From Candidatus Xenobia bacterium (GTDB taxonomy: Bacteria; Vulcanimicrobiota; Xenobia; Xenobiales; QWHO01): a stretch of DNA of 11,832 nucleotides. Position numbers and translations under genes: made by a program. This document shows positions 1 to 8,711 of the stretch, in pieces. Positions within the stretch are counted from its first letter, which is position 1; each line of letters opens with the position of its first letter. The stretch spans positions 1 through 11,832 of the forward strand of contig BTUM01000139.1 in NCBI GenBank assembly GCA_045863235.1. The letters are read 5' to 3'. The notes beneath the pieces were generated by a model that searched no databases, was not told where the DNA came from, and saw only the letters and a list, made by a program, of their open reading frames with translations.

Positions 1-316
1 CCGGCTTGGTATCGTAGTCATCACAGCCTGCCTCCATTGCTTTCTCGCGATCCCCCGACATGGCGTGGGCCGTCAGCGCGATGACGGGCATGGCGGCCGT
101 GAGCGGGTTGGCTTTCAGCCGGCGGGTGGCCTCCCAGCCGTCGATCTCGGGCAGGCTCATGTCCATCAGCACCAGGTCCGGCTTCTCGGCTTCGGCCTTC
201 TCCAGCGCCTGGCGGCCGTCTTCCGCCAGGATCACCTCGTAGCCCTTGCGCTGCAAGCGCCGGCTCAGCATGTCACGATTGTTCTCGTTGTCTTCGACCA
301 GGAGGATTCGGGCCAT
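1..316 (-). CDS. Response regulator receiver protein (DivK/CheY-like), runs off the window edge
   Basis: Not in the ORF track. Manual translation from ATG at 316: MARILLVEDNENNRDMLSRRLQRKGYEVILAEDGRQALEKAEAEKPDLVLMDMSLPEIDGWEATRRLKANPLTAAMPVIALTAHAMSGDREKAMEAGCDDYDTKP. Contains the acidic pocket (VED), phospho-Asp (LMDMSLP), ALTA and KP motifs. Confidence 0.95.
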   Translation of the reverse strand, partial: MARILLVEDNENNRDMLSRRLQRKGYEVILAEDGRQALEKAEAEKPDLVLMDMSLPEIDGWEATRRLKANPLTAAMPVIALTAHAMSGDREKAMEAGCDDYDTKP

Positions 317-354
317 CTGGCCAGCCTTCGGCCCGGGGCGGACCGTTCCCTATC

Positions 355-979
355 CTACTTGTGGCCCTTCTGGTAGATGGGCTCGATCTGGGTGGGACCC
401 GTGGGCAGATAGGCCGGCACGGTGATGGAGTAGTTGTTGCCGTCCGAGCTCACCTGACCGGTCGTCTTCTTAGCCTGGGGCGAGGCTTCCACCACGTAGT
501 GGAACTGGCCGCCTCGAGGATTGAGATAGGAAGGGCTGAGCATCGGCTCCACCAGTGCGCCACGTTCTTGAAGACGTACTTGCGTGCTTCATCATCGACC
601 GGGAACTTGAGCACGACCTTGCCGGACATTTTGCCCTTCCACGAGTCCACCATCTCGGTCACCTGCGGGTTCTTGCCTTCCCCACCGGTGGAGCGGTCGA
701 GCTGGTGCACGTCTCCCCAACCGATTTTCTTGGCGAAATCCCGCATACCCTGGCCCAGCGTCAAGAACTGATACCAGTTGGCCTCGTAGTCGGGGTTGGA
801 GTTGATCAAGGTCACGTCCCACCATGGCGCGGTCAGATCGAAACTGACCAGCTTCTCCACGATCAGCGCGTCGAGAAAGTAGCGCTTGTCTCGGGCTTGC
901 GGTCGGCTTGAGGCCAGGCCGGAGCCAGGCTGACGCCGGCCCAACAGGCCGAAGCGATGAGAAACGTTCTTCGATGCAT
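355..979 (-). pseudogene. Secreted hypothetical protein (~208 aa) with an RR-containing signal peptide, split by two 1-nt frameshifts (real or sequencing error)
   Basis: ATG at 979 preceded by GGAGG gives MHRRTFLIASACWAGVSLAPAW. The protein continues in ORF 450..944 (DKRYFLDALIVEKLVSFDL...YVFKNVA) and then in ORF 355..552 (LVEPMLSPSY...QKGHK*). Adding one G near 890-916 and one near 558 fuses the three frames. Confidence 0.7.
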
Positions 980-1079
980 GAGAGCCCTCCCTGAAATGGC
1001 CGACTCCTTGGCCGGAAAGACCGGCACTCCTTCGCCGGAAGGTAACAAGTCGTCAATCGCGGTCTTGATCCTCAGCGAT

Positions 1080-1085
1080 TACTCT
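1080..1085 (+). promoter_or_regulatory. Putative -10 element (TACTCT) of a leaderless transcript
   Basis: TANNNT hexamer 7 nt before ATG 1093, with no Shine-Dalgarno present. Confidence 0.4.
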
Positions 1086-1092
1086 CCCCTTG

Positions 1093-1737
1093 ATGCAGTT
1101 GTCCGCCTCGCGAGCCCAGGATGGGCGCCAGCCAATCTCCGTGGATCTCAGCTACCCCGTGCCGGTGACCGAGCGGGTCAAGCTGGGCGGCACGCCGCGC
1201 GATTACTTCGACAACGACCCCCGCCCCGGCGTGGGGGAGGCCAGCTGTGACAACGGCGCCTGCGCCAACCTGCCCCAGGAGCTGTGGAAGACTCTTCCCC
1301 GCACCACGCCCGAAGGCCAGCCCCTCATGCGCACGGTCAACCAGCACCTGGAGGGCCGTCCGGCCAGTCCGCTCTGGAGCTTTGTCGGCTACGGAGCCGC
1401 AGCCGGCCTGGCCGGCGCAGTGGTGGGCGGCTTGCTGGGAGGGCTCCTGGCCGGCCAGCCCGTGCTGGGGGCGGCGGCCGGAGCGGCGGCGGTGGGCATC
1501 CCGGTGGGAGGCTTGATGGCCCAGCGGGCCAGCCAGGATCGGGTTGCCCTCGAGTGGCGCCCCCACGCCATCGTGACCGAGCAGATGACCGGCTACCGCG
1601 AGAGCGTCACTCCCGGCCAATTCAACGGCCAGAGCGGTTACTATCACCGCTTCGAGCCCGTTATCTCCCGCCAGATCGTGGGAACCTACCAGACCCCGCA
1701 CATCGTGCACTATACCATCAAGGAGAAAGGCGGCTGA
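1093..1737 (+). CDS. Hypothetical membrane protein with a glycine-zipper hairpin (paralog A)
   Basis: 214-aa ORF with GC-biased third codon positions. Has a hydrophobic GxxxG stretch (GYGAAAGLAGAVVGGLLGGLLAG...GAAAGAAAVGIPVGG) and a CDNGAC pair, and is collinearly similar to the next gene. Confidence 0.85.
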   Translation: MQLSASRAQDGRQPISVDLSYPVPVTERVKLGGTPRDYFDNDPRPGVGEASCDNGACANLPQELWKTLPRTTPEGQPLMRTVNQHLEGRPASPLWSFVGYGAAAGLAGAVVGGLLGGLLAGQPVLGAAAGAAAVGIPVGGLMAQRASQDRVALEWRPHAIVTEQMTGYRESVTPGQFNGQSGYYHRFEPVISRQIVGTYQTPHIVHYTIKEKGG

Positions 1738-1760
1738 AACGCCTGCCCCGAGCCTGCGTC

Positions 1761-2468
1761 GTGAACGTAGCCGCACCCCCCAACCTGCCTCCCCTCCCGA
1801 CCGTGCCCAACAACGGGCGCGGCCGCGTCGTGGCCGACATCGACCACCAGGCACCGGTGCTGGTGCAGAGCAAGCTGGGCGAGGTTCCCCACAACTACCA
1901 CTCCTACTCCTCCTACGTCGACAAGCACTACACCAGCTGCGAGCAGGGTCAATGCCAGAGCGGGGGACGCGAGATCTGGGGGGCTTTGCCTCGCCTGGAC
2001 GCCAGCGGTCAGCCCCAGTTCACCACTGTGACCAAGCACATCGACGCCCAGCCCGCCTCGGTGCTGCTCGGGACGGCGAAGTGGGGAGCTCTGGGCGCCC
2101 TGGCCGGGGCCGGAGCCGGCACGCTGGTGGGTCTGTTCACCGGTTTTCCGCTGGGGATCTGCGCCGCGGCCGGAGCCGGGGCCGCCGCTTTCGCGGCCGG
2201 GGCGGTGGGAGGCTACCAGGCCAGCCGCGATCGCATCCGGCTCGAGTGGCAGGAAAAACCCGTGGAGGACCTGACCCTGGCCGGCTATTACCACACGGTC
2301 AGCGAGGAAACCCGGCAGGAGTGCCATTACGAGTACTGGGGCGGTCAGTCCCACTACGTCTGCCGCACGGTGCACGACGGGTGGAACCACCGTTTCCGCT
2401 CCGACGTGCAGGGGACGACCCTGGCGACTTACTTCGAGCCGGTGGTGGTGCACTACCAGGCCTCATAG
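1761..2468 (+). CDS. Hypothetical membrane protein with a glycine-zipper hairpin (paralog B)
   Basis: 3' part of ORF 1284..2468. Start placed at GTG 1761; an alternative is CTG 1734 behind AAGGAG. Shares motifs with paralog A: KLGxxPxxY, SCxxGxC, ExWxxLPR...GQP, ASxDRxxLEW, HRF, TYxxPxxVHY. Confidence 0.85.
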   Translation: MNVAAPPNLPPLPTVPNNGRGRVVADIDHQAPVLVQSKLGEVPHNYHSYSSYVDKHYTSCEQGQCQSGGREIWGALPRLDASGQPQFTTVTKHIDAQPASVLLGTAKWGALGALAGAGAGTLVGLFTGFPLGICAAAGAGAAAFAAGAVGGYQASRDRIRLEWQEKPVEDLTLAGYYHTVSEETRQECHYEYWGGQSHYVCRTVHDGWNHRFRSDVQGTTLATYFEPVVVHYQAS

Positions 2469-2508
2469 CTCTCGCACTGGCTTTCAGACTTGTTTGGGGC
2501 AGAGCCGG

Positions 2509-2514
2509 TAGGCT
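2509..2514 (+). promoter_or_regulatory. Putative -10 element (TAGGCT) of a leaderless transcript
   Basis: TANNNT hexamer 6 nt before ATG 2521, with no clear Shine-Dalgarno. Confidence 0.45.
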
Positions 2515-2520
2515 CAGGTC

Positions 2521-4758
2521 ATGGTTCTACCTGGCGGAGGCGGACCCGATCTGCGTACCGAGCCCTACCGCGGCAAGCTCGTGCCGGGGGAGCGGGTGGA
2601 GATTTCCAGGGGTGCATTCACCGACTCCTCAGTCGAGTCGATGGAAGGCGGTCAGGGCCGGCTGGTCAACCTGCGCGGTCGCGAGCCGGTCGACAGCCTG
2701 GCGCCTCCGGTCGATCTCCCGCTCAAGAGCTTTCTTTCGGACCCCAAAGCTCTGGTCTTGCAAACCGAGCAACTCCAGACGCGCGCGGCCGACGTCAGCG
2801 ATCCGATCAGCTCGCGGGTGGCCTTCGAGCTGCTGGCGGGCTCTCATAACAAGTTCACCTGGGAGGGGCGCGCCGAGGTGCGCGGGCTGATTCCCCTGTC
2901 CATCCATCAGTTGTGCGAGACCGCGGACCACATGAATCTGCAGACCGATCCGACGAAGATCGAGCTCGAGCCGGCCCTGGCCGCCCTGGCTGACGGACCC
3001 GTGACCCCGGCCGCCCTGGACGCGGTGCTGCGCATGGCGCGCGAGATGAAGTTCCCGGAGCTCAAGGAGCGTTGCCAGAGGCAGCTCGAGGGCTGGCAAA
3101 AGGCCGGTCTCTTCGTCGTGGAGGGCGGCACCGACCTGAGCAAGCCGGGCCTCGTGATCGGCAACAAGTTGCTCCTCACGCCGCTGCCCGAGGCCACCCA
3201 GGAGGTGCTGGCCGGCATCCCGACCCGAGACTGGGTCTATGCTCGGCCCTTCGACCCCGCCCCGGGCCTCGACCGCCTCGAGCAGCTCGCGCGCGACAAC
3301 CCCAAGCTGGCACAGTCCATCGTGGGCGACATGATGAGTCGCGACCTGGAACATGACACTCACCAGAAGCTGGTCCAGCTCATGGCGCGGGCGGTGCAGA
3401 GCGAGCCGCTCAAGAAGCTCCTGGAGCCCCACCTCGACCGCCTGGTCGACTTCGCCGACCGTGCCGAAGCCCACGGGCTGATCCATCGTCGCTGGGGCTC
3501 TGGCGAGTGGCAGACGGCCCACTACGACTATCTTTCCCAGCTATTCCCTCAAACGGTGGACGAGCAGCTTCCCGCGCGCCTGTGTCCGATGGTACTGGCG
3601 ATCGTGCAGCCTCTGCAGAACGCGGGCACACTCCTCGCCCGCCTGTGGAAGGATCACCCCGAGCTCGTGCAGCCGACCCTGGATGCTCTCACGCAGCAGC
3701 ACCCCTCCGTGGCGATGAACGAGCCGGCTCTCAAGCTGCTCCAGGAGGCCGCCAACGAGCACGGCTGGCGGCCCAACGAGCGCGAGACGGCCTGGCTGGC
3801 GAGTCGGGTGTATCAGCCCCAATGGCGGGATGACTCGCTGTTCCACTGGGCCGGGGCGCGGGCCAACGAGTTCTCCGTCGCCCTCGACATCCTGAGCAAG
3901 ACGGGCGCGGGCGAGGGCGTCCGGTTGCCGGACAAGCAGGGCCAGTGGGTAGACGTCGGCACGTACGCGCTCAACCGGCTGCTCGACGACCCCGACTTCG
4001 TTGAGCCCGAGGCCGTGGCCAGGCGTCTGTTCGAGGCCACCGATCCCAAAGTGCAGAGCGTCTACAGCTTCTGCAAGCCCGAGACGCATGTGGAGAATGT
4101 CTTTGCAGAGGTCAAGCACGGGCTGGAGAACCCGCGTAACCAGGTCTCGGTTCATGATCGGGTCATTACCGGCCTGGGTTTCCTGGCCCACGCGGCCAGG
4201 ACTGATGAGGCGCTGGCCGATCGCGTGGCCAACCTGCTGCGGGACACTCAGAATATCTACCTGTCGGGAATGAACGAGGTTCTCGACCCGTTCCGCATCC
4301 GGTTCGGCCTGGCTGATCTCGAGGCCGGTCGGTTGGGCAACGCGACTCCCGAGGCCGCGGTCACGCGCCTGCTGCGCCAGTGCGAGCAGAACGAGTTGCC
4401 CGACGCAATGATTGAGCGCGCCTTATTCGCCTGGGAGAAGGTGCAGCGCACCCACTATCAGGGCCAGTGGCCGGCCCGCGCTCCCGAGGTCGGCCTGCCC
4501 CCGCGCCTGGCGCTCCAGGCTCTGGAGCGCGTGCGCGGCCAGTATCCGGAAGAGGCTCAGGCCGGGGCCTGGACTCGACTGGAGTCGATGCTGAACCACC
4601 TCCATCAAGACGCCGATCCGGCTCACCGCCTCCAGACGGCTTTCGAGATGATGGACGCCCAGCAGGCCTACCTGTCGCCGGGCTCCACGTCGGTGCGGGT
4701 GCAGGACGACAACGTCCAGGTGGGAGGCGTCAACGTCCGCGTTCGCAAGCGAAACTGA
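2521..4758 (+). CDS. Large hypothetical protein (745 aa), mostly alpha-helical, with a short beta-rich basic C-terminal tail
   Basis: Long uninterrupted ORF with strong GC3 bias. No catalytic motif or signal peptide recognised. Ends SVRVQDDNVQVGGVNVRVRKRN. Confidence 0.85.
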   Translation: MVLPGGGGPDLRTEPYRGKLVPGERVEISRGAFTDSSVESMEGGQGRLVNLRGREPVDSLAPPVDLPLKSFLSDPKALVLQTEQLQTRAADVSDPISSRVAFELLAGSHNKFTWEGRAEVRGLIPLSIHQLCETADHMNLQTDPTKIELEPALAALADGPVTPAALDAVLRMAREMKFPELKERCQRQLEGWQKAGLFVVEGGTDLSKPGLVIGNKLLLTPLPEATQEVLAGIPTRDWVYARPFDPAPGLDRLEQLARDNPKLAQSIVGDMMSRDLEHDTHQKLVQLMARAVQSEPLKKLLEPHLDRLVDFADRAEAHGLIHRRWGSGEWQTAHYDYLSQLFPQTVDEQLPARLCPMVLAIVQPLQNAGTLLARLWKDHPELVQPTLDALTQQHPSVAMNEPALKLLQEAANEHGWRPNERETAWLASRVYQPQWRDDSLFHWAGARANEFSVALDILSKTGAGEGVRLPDKQGQWVDVGTYALNRLLDDPDFVEPEAVARRLFEATDPKVQSVYSFCKPETHVENVFAEVKHGLENPRNQVSVHDRVITGLGFLAHAARTDEALADRVANLLRDTQNIYLSGMNEVLDPFRIRFGLADLEAGRLGNATPEAAVTRLLRQCEQNELPDAMIERALFAWEKVQRTHYQGQWPARAPEVGLPPRLALQALERVRGQYPEEAQAGAWTRLESMLNHLHQDADPAHRLQTAFEMMDAQQAYLSPGSTSVRVQDDNVQVGGVNVRVRKRN

Positions 4759-4892
4759 GTCTTCTTGAGGCTCCTGGTGACAAATCCTTGCGCGAGCGGG
4801 GCCAAGAGTGTTTCGGCCACCCCAGCTTTGAGGAGGTCTGAAAGCGTTCATCCCAGAAATTTCGGATGACTTCTGCTTTCTGGGGGGGAATC

Positions 4893-5564
4893 ATGAGTTT
4901 TGAACGCCAGGTGGTGTGTCCTCATTGCAAGACCAACAATCTGGACACGGTGACCTCCGCGCCCTACATTCGCGGCTTCCTTCTGGCTTACACCTATGGA
5001 ACCAAGCGCTTCGTGGGCTGCAATTCGTGCGTGAAGAAGCAACTTTTGGGCGAGGCCGGCCTGAGCGCGCTCATCGGGTGGTTCAGTATCACGTCGGTGC
5101 TCGTCAATCCGATGTGCATCCTCTGGAACGGTTTGCGGGCGCCCTTTCTTAGCCGGAATCCGGCTGCGGTCGAGAAGCTCTTCCGAGAGTTGGGAGTCAG
5201 CCCTGTCGAGGTCGACATCCCCAAAGTGGCGGCCGCTCTGGCAGCGTCGATGATCGCCGCCGATGGCAAGATCGAGCAGTCCGAGGTACAGATGGCAGTC
5301 GGCGTGGGTCAACGGATCGTGGAGGGTTTCTCCCCCGAATATCTGATCCACTGTGTGAAGAATCACAGCACTCTGCCAAGCGCTGCTCACATGGCGGGGA
5401 TGCTGGGCAGCGCGCTGAGCGTGGAAGGTAAACAAGTCGTTCTGAGGTTCATGCTGGCGATCGCCGCCTCAGACGGCGAGATCGACCCCTCTGAGGTGCG
5501 CCTGCTCGAGGATGTGGCTCGGGCCTTCGGACAGCCCGTCCCCGCCCTCGAGCCGGCGCAATAG
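4893..5564 (+). CDS. TerB-family domain protein with an N-terminal CxxC..CxxC Zn-finger and TM segment
   Basis: ATG 4893 follows a GGGGGGAA RBS. Contains CPHC...CNSC, the hydrophobic LSALIGWFSITSVLVNPMCILWN, and the TerB-type acidic motifs MIAADGKIEQSE and IAASDGEIDPSE...VARAFG. Confidence 0.8.
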   Translation: MSFERQVVCPHCKTNNLDTVTSAPYIRGFLLAYTYGTKRFVGCNSCVKKQLLGEAGLSALIGWFSITSVLVNPMCILWNGLRAPFLSRNPAAVEKLFRELGVSPVEVDIPKVAAALAASMIAADGKIEQSEVQMAVGVGQRIVEGFSPEYLIHCVKNHSTLPSAAHMAGMLGSALSVEGKQVVLRFMLAIAASDGEIDPSEVRLLEDVARAFGQPVPALEPAQ

Positions 5565-5757
5565 CAGGTCGGCTCTCGATCCGGAAACGACGCGCCACGC
5601 TCACACTAGACCGCCGGGTCCGGGAGGACGCTGCTGCTCTCACCTCCGCCTTAAGCGCCGCCAGAGCTCCAGGCCGGTGGCTCCGCCGCGCTCAAAGTTC
5701 CTGCAACCCCTTACCCCGGCGTAGGATTTGCCGCTCGCAAAGAGAAACCGGCGCGCC

Positions 5758-7359
5758 ATGAGCACTTCCACCTTCGTTCTTCCCGACATCGCCACCATGA
5801 GCCTCGAGCAGAAAGTGGCCCAGCTGATCCACGTCGACGTGCCCGGGCTCGCGCTTGACCCGGAGACCTTCGCCCACCTCGACGAGCACGATTTCCACGG
5901 CGTCATCTTGTTTGCCCACAACGTGCGCGACCGCGAGCAGGTGGTGAAGCTGGTGGACGAGATCCACGACGCCCTGGCCATCGTGCCCTTTGTCTCCATC
6001 GACCAGGAGGGCGGGCTGGTGGATCGGGTGCGCTTTCCGGAGATGTCCCTCTCGCCCGGCCTGATGGCGCTGGGCGCCACCGACGACCCGGTCCGGGTGG
6101 AGGCAGCCCACCGCATCATGGGCCGCGAGCTCGCTGACCTGGGGGTGCACATCGACTTTGCGCCCTGTCTGGACGTGAACGTCAATCCCCACAACCCCAT
6201 CATCGGAGCCCGCTCGCTGGGCGAGAACCCCGAGCGGGTGGGCGAGCTGGGCCGAGCCGCCATCCGAGGGCTGCGCCAGGGCGGCGTGGCCGCCTGCGCC
6301 AAGCACTTCCCCGGTCACGGCGACACCTCGATGGACTCGCACATGGCCCTGCCCACCGTGGCCCACCCCCGCGAGCGCCTCGAGCAGGTCGAGCTGGCCC
6401 CTTTTCGAGCAGCTGTGGCCGAGAATGTGGAAGCCATGATGACCGCCCACATCGTCTTCCCGGCCTACGACAGCCTGCCCGCTACCCTCTCCAAGACCAT
6501 CCTGACCGATCTGCTGCGTCGGGACATGGGCTACCAGGGGGTGATCGTCACCGATTCGCTTTCCATGAAGGCCATCGCCGACCACTACGGGATGGGGGAG
6601 GCCACCGTCCGTTCGGTGGAGGCCGGGGCGGATCTGGTGCTGGCCCTGGGACCCATCGCCGACCAGAAAGCGGCCTTCCAGGCCCTGCTCGAGGCGGCCC
6701 GCTCGGGCCGCGTCAGCGAGGGGCGCCTCGACGAGAGCCTGGAGCGCCTCTTTGCTCTGAAGCGCCGTTTCCACAACCGGCCCAACCTCAAGCCCGGCTT
6801 CGACCAGGCTGCCCACGCCCGGGAGATGCGCGAGATCGCCGCTGCCGGCGTGACCGTGGTGCGCAATGAGGGCCTGTTGCCTCTGCGGCCGGGGAAGGTG
6901 CTGGTGCTCACCCCCGACCTCTTGCCGGTGACGCCGCTGGGCGAGATGGCCACCAGCACATCGCTGGCCACCTTCATGCGATCGCACGAGGGCGAGGTAG
7001 TGGACCAGAAGTTCCACTTCTCCGGCATCTCGGGACCTGCTCACCACGAGGTGGTGGCTCGCGCCGCCGAGGCCGACACGGTGGTGCTGGCCCTGTATGC
7101 TCGCAACCGCCTCAGCGACCCCCAGCGCGAGCTGGCCGAGGCGGTGTTGGCGGCCAATCCGCGTACGGTGCTGGTGTCACTCTCGAGCCCCTACCTGCTG
7201 CTCGACCTGCCTCAGGCACAGGCTTGCGTGCTGGGCTACAACTACACCCCACTGACCCTGGAGGCGGTGGCCGAGGTGCTGTTGGGCAAGCGCCAGGCCA
7301 CGGGACGCCTGCCGGTGGCCCTGCCGGGGCTCTACCCGGCGGGTCATCGCGCCGTGTGA
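5758..7359 (+). CDS. nagZ: Beta-N-acetylhexosaminidase, glycoside hydrolase family 3, two-domain type
   Basis: GVILF, SIDQEGG, FAPCLDVN, the NagZ signature KHFPGHGDTSMDSH, MMTAH and nucleophile region VTDSLSM. C-terminal GH3 domain present (VTVVRNEGLLPL...SPY...ATGRLPV). No signal peptide. Confidence 0.93.
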   Translation: MSTSTFVLPDIATMSLEQKVAQLIHVDVPGLALDPETFAHLDEHDFHGVILFAHNVRDREQVVKLVDEIHDALAIVPFVSIDQEGGLVDRVRFPEMSLSPGLMALGATDDPVRVEAAHRIMGRELADLGVHIDFAPCLDVNVNPHNPIIGARSLGENPERVGELGRAAIRGLRQGGVAACAKHFPGHGDTSMDSHMALPTVAHPRERLEQVELAPFRAAVAENVEAMMTAHIVFPAYDSLPATLSKTILTDLLRRDMGYQGVIVTDSLSMKAIADHYGMGEATVRSVEAGADLVLALGPIADQKAAFQALLEAARSGRVSEGRLDESLERLFALKRRFHNRPNLKPGFDQAAHAREMREIAAAGVTVVRNEGLLPLRPGKVLVLTPDLLPVTPLGEMATSTSLATFMRSHEGEVVDQKFHFSGISGPAHHEVVARAAEADTVVLALYARNRLSDPQRELAEAVLAANPRTVLVSLSSPYLLLDLPQAQACVLGYNYTPLTLEAVAEVLLGKRQATGRLPVALPGLYPAGHRAV

Positions 7360-7484
7360 GGCAGACGCCGAATCTATCCGCGTGGATACGCTCATCACCG
7401 GGGAGCAGTTGCTCACGATGGAGTGGGATTCCAGGTCTTGGTGCGGCCCAGGAAGGACCTCGAGTGTGCAAAGAGGTTTCCGGC

Positions 7485-7922
7485 TCAACGCTCGCGGTCG
7501 AGCGGGCGGGGACTGCCGGGACGTCTGCCGCCGCCCGTGCTCGGTGCCGGTGGCCTCGGGGGAGCGGCCTCGGCGGGTCGGGCGGGGGGCCTGGGCGAGG
7601 GAGCGGGAGCGCCCACTCCCCAGATGCCCGATGGCGTCTCTGGGTAGCTCGCGGCGGAGCCGGCGCCGGGATTGAGCCAGCCCAGGTTCGGCACCCCACC
7701 AACTTCGGTGGGGCCCGACGAGCCTCCACCGGAGCCAGCATAGTGGTCCTGGCTGAAGGGAGCTGGACCGCCCACTCCCAGGGCTCCCGGCACCACCTCG
7801 GACGGCTCGCCCGCGGCGCGGCGCGATGCGGTCCCCAGGCCGGTGGTCGAGACTTCCCCGGTGCGACTCTCACGGCCGACCGCTCCGACCCGGGAGACTT
7901 CTCTGGTGGTGGTTTCGCTCAT
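7485..7922 (-). CDS. Hypothetical Gly/Pro/Ser-rich, probably disordered protein (145 aa)
   Basis: ATG at 7922 with a strong GAGGAGG RBS upstream. Low-complexity sequence. Fills the gap convergently with nagZ. Confidence 0.6.
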   Translation of the reverse strand: MSETTTREVSRVGAVGRESRTGEVSTTGLGTASRRAAGEPSEVVPGALGVGGPAPFSQDHYAGSGGGSSGPTEVGGVPNLGWLNPGAGSAASYPETPSGIWGVGAPAPSPRPPARPAEAAPPRPPAPSTGGGRRPGSPRPLDRER

Positions 7923-8141
7923 CGGGGCGCCTCCTCACTTTGTTCTGTGTCCCTATTGTGAAGCCGCTCCGCCCCACGATCAACGTTCTGGCAAAGAAAC
8001 TCGCGTAACATCAGGTTTACAATCTTGGACAGAACGGCTTAACCAGGCCATCCGGGCTAGAATGTGTCGAAACGATGTTTACAGAGAGTTCATATCCCCC
8101 GGTCCGAAGGAGGGCTCGACAGTCCCTGGAACACCGCTTGG

Positions 8142-8480
8142 ATGCGCGTCCTGCTTCTCGCCTTGCTCCTCGGGCAATTGTGCCTGGCCGAAGGGGTCGA
8201 TTTCAAGTTGCTGCAGACGACCGCCACCAATTGGCTGGAGAAGAACCCTGCCAGGGTTCGGGTCATCCCGGAGAGGCCCAAGTTCGTCGGTCCACTGATG
8301 GGCTGGAGGCAAACCTTCTATGTCATGACTTACCAGACCGGGGCCACGGCCGAGTGGGTCTGGCTCACCCCGGATAAAGGCGGGGTGTGGCGCGTGACCG
8401 GATACCGGGCCAAGCGAGGGGAGAAGGTGCTCAAAGAGTGGGGAGACCGGCCAAAGCCCCTCAATACCAGGTTCAAGTAG
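8142..8480 (+). CDS. Small secreted protein (112 aa), possibly DUF4019-like
   Basis: MRVLLLALLLGQLCLA is a Sec signal peptide. The C-terminal AEWVWLTPDKGGVWRVTGY recalls the DUF4019 E...dG.WrvaGY motif (recognition only). Confidence 0.7.
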   Translation: MRVLLLALLLGQLCLAEGVDFKLLQTTATNWLEKNPARVRVIPERPKFVGPLMGWRQTFYVMTYQTGATAEWVWLTPDKGGVWRVTGYRAKRGEKVLKEWGDRPKPLNTRFK

Positions 8481-8485
8481 TCGAG
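8460..8485 (+). repeat. Direct repeat copy 1 (26 bp, att-like), overlapping the stop codon of the 8142..8480 gene
   Basis: CTCAATACCAGGTTCAAGTAGTCGAG, 24/26 identical to 9357..9382. Confidence 0.85.
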
Positions 8486-8711
8486 TTGACTCGGCCGACG
8501 CGCTCGAGTGGGCTTGCGAAACCGGGGGAGAAAGAGGTGCCGCCGTAGCTCGAGACCAGCTTGGGCAGTATCTTCTATAAGGACATCCTACCCGATGACA
8601 ACCGACAAACTCGGTCGTCTCCCGGCAGGCTCGCTCAGGGGTGCAAGGTCTCATTTGGCGGCCAGCTTCAACGAGGTTGACGGCCCGCTAACCACGCCTG
8701 CGCGGGTTTGG

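Noticed and set aside
60..376. Plus-strand ORFs 60..242 and 65..376
   Set aside because: Antisense shadows of the minus-strand response regulator.
1284..1760. N-terminal extension of the 394-aa ORF
   Set aside because: Overlaps paralog A out of frame and is Arg/Pro/Gly junk. Homology between the paralogs starts only after about 1761.
5692..7047. 451-aa minus-strand ORF and other long antisense ORFs (2629..3522, 3541..4191)
   Set aside because: Typical high-GC antisense shadows of nagZ and the 745-aa gene.
7382..7440. MDTLITGEQLLTM, resembling the N-terminus of some Uma2 proteins
   Set aside because: Too short, and no downstream Uma2 motifs were found in the frames examined.
8080..8135. GAGAG...CCGAAGGAG resembling a glycine riboswitch
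   Set aside because: Lacks the CTCTCAGG 3' strand and supporting stems, and the downstream gene is unrelated to glycine metabolism.
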